From Ostrea edulis (lineage: Eukaryota), in contig NC_079167.1 in assembly GCF_947568905.1 (NCBI RefSeq), forward strand, positions 43,400,001 through 43,464,000: DNA of 64,000 nt, written 5' to 3'. This document shows positions 62,270 through 64,000 of this stretch, piece by piece. Position 1 is the stretch's first letter; every line of letters begins with the position of its first letter. A model generated the notes under the pieces. That model was not told the origin of the DNA, searched no databases, and saw only the letters and a list, made by a program, of their open reading frames with translations. Both the position numbers and the translations under genes were made by a program.

Positions 62270-63500
62270 TGGGCTTATTGACATTGAATGATTGATTGAT
62301 ATATTGATTGATTGACACATTGGTGGATTGAAATATTGATTGATTGATTGAAAATATTGAATGACTTATTGATCGATTGACACATCGGTGGATTGAAATA
62401 TTGATTGAAAATATTGAGTGAATTATTGATTGATTGACTCAAACATGCATGGACTATTGATGCTGCAACATTACTATCCAAAAGTCGTTGTAGATCATGC
62501 ATTTCATTACAGAGTGTATATGATATACATACTGATGGTTTGTATTGATATGAACATTGTCGCTGAATTGGAAATATGTTTTTATTAAGTAAAGCCATGA
62601 CAAAGACTGCCAATACGTGTTATCGTTCTGTTCTATTGAAATAATTGATTTCTGTATTCAAAACAGTCTCTAATAAATTTCACAGTAATTTTTAAGACTT
62701 TATGTATATCACTGTTAAAATATATTTGTAACATGTATATATCTTTCATTGTCCAGAGTAATATTTTTTCTGGTGTTACATGTATATTATAAATGTTTCT
62801 AAGGTGGGTGTTTCTTAGCTTAGAATAAGATTTACATTGAAAAAGAAAATGAATTTCATCTACGATCACACCAGTATTGCAAGCATTACAACATCTTTCA
62901 TTCATTGATGTGGAATTATATCTACCACTTTCTATTGCAAGTTTATGTGCACTCAATCTAATTCTACTAAGAGAGGATCTTTCAGATCTTTTTCTGAGTA
63001 AATCAACATATGGACTTCTTTTTCTTGTGTATAATTTTTTTTTTATTTATAAAATTCAAGTTGTTTTTAACCAGAGATTGTTGATGATTGCTCCTGGGTG
63101 CACTGGTCAATGATTCTTTATTTTATGTTTGGTAAAAGGTGTTGAATTGAATCTTTATATTTTGTAAGGTTTGAAAATCCCAGATTATCTAGAATAGAAA
63201 ATATTTTCCTGGTCCAAGTGTTGTAATCACTTGTGGATTGGTAAAGTTTAAAAGCCAAAGAATCAGACGTTATCAGATGATTCCAATATTTAATACTTGA
63301 GAATGAAATTTGGGACCAAAGTGGTAGTCATTAAGTTCTGCTAGACAACCAGCATTGGATGTTTTACAGTGCACTCAAAGGATATCTTTAATAAATTTTA
63401 AGTGAATTTTTTTAGATTTAAAATATAATACACATATACAAGTAAAGAAAGAAGTAATTACATAACACATAGTTACATACAAATACAGTGTCATATATTG
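62270..63500 (-). mobile_element. 3' end of a non-LTR retrotransposon with C-terminal Zn ribbon and (CAAT)n tail
   Basis: SAHKLAIESGRY...ERCCNAC...DEIHFLFQC..Y..LR at 62633-62956; degenerate (ATTG)n at 62270-62460; left boundary of homology uncertain. Confidence 0.7.
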
Positions 63501-63691
63501 TTCAAAATAAATTTTCCAGTTACATTTAGAATAGATGGCTCTTCAGAACATGTGCATAAAGTGATATTCGACTCGTGACATTTGGACCAAGTAAGTGTAC
63601 GCAGGTAATTATATACGGACACAATTGAATATCATAAAATCAATCAGAAAATTTAACAAAACAACAAGACGTCTACTCTGATGGTATGGAA

Positions 63692-63864
63692 TAGGGGCGG
63701 ATCCAGGAATTTAAATGGGGGGGGGGTCTACCATTAATTTTGGTTTTCAAAGGGGGGGGTCCACCCTCAGAATGCGATATTTTTACCTTTTTTAAACAAA
63801 ATTTACTGACAAAGGAGGTCCGACCCCCCCCCCCCCCCAGAACACCCCTCTGAATCCGCCACTG
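63692..63864. mobile_element. GGCGGATC-type MITE
   Basis: AGGGGCGGATCC...GAATCCGCCACTG inverted ends with G/C runs. Confidence 0.6.
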
Positions 63865-64000
63865 ACTTTTCTTTCTCTCTCTTTCTCAATTAATGTGTAC
63901 GCAGTTGCGTACTTGCAGCTACGCGCCTTGATGATGTGCTATGTCTGGTTGAAACTGGACTAGATGTTCTGAAGAAGACGGACAGACGTGTACATATAGT

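Overview
AT-rich, repeat-dense animal genomic DNA, most likely an oyster-like bivalve (inferred from repeat and gene families), with two N gaps (27207-27356, 32905-33046). Most ORF-track calls are spurious. Splicing by hand gives six host genes: three ependymin-related (EPDR) paralogues with shared exon phases (6245-13866 -, ~23346-26851 -, 28742-34263 +; the last two head-to-head), a two-exon stathmin-like gene, a four-exon KY/hillarin-like transglutaminase-fold gene apparently lacking the catalytic Cys, and an intronless class A GPCR. The rest is mainly mobile DNA: a Naiad-type Penelope-like element and its fragments, L2/CR1, Tc1, DIRS and Ngaro remnants, a gag-only LTR element, tRNA SINEs, Helentron-type HINEs and several MITEs. 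The strongest leads are (1) a hammerhead-ribozyme retrozyme present twice, one copy longer than its 351-nt unit; (2) an EPDR intron in which both splice sites have been tandemly amplified into minisatellites; (3) a pol-less LTR element whose ORF carries a PAM2 motif. All alignments, translations and folds were done by eye; no database search was run.
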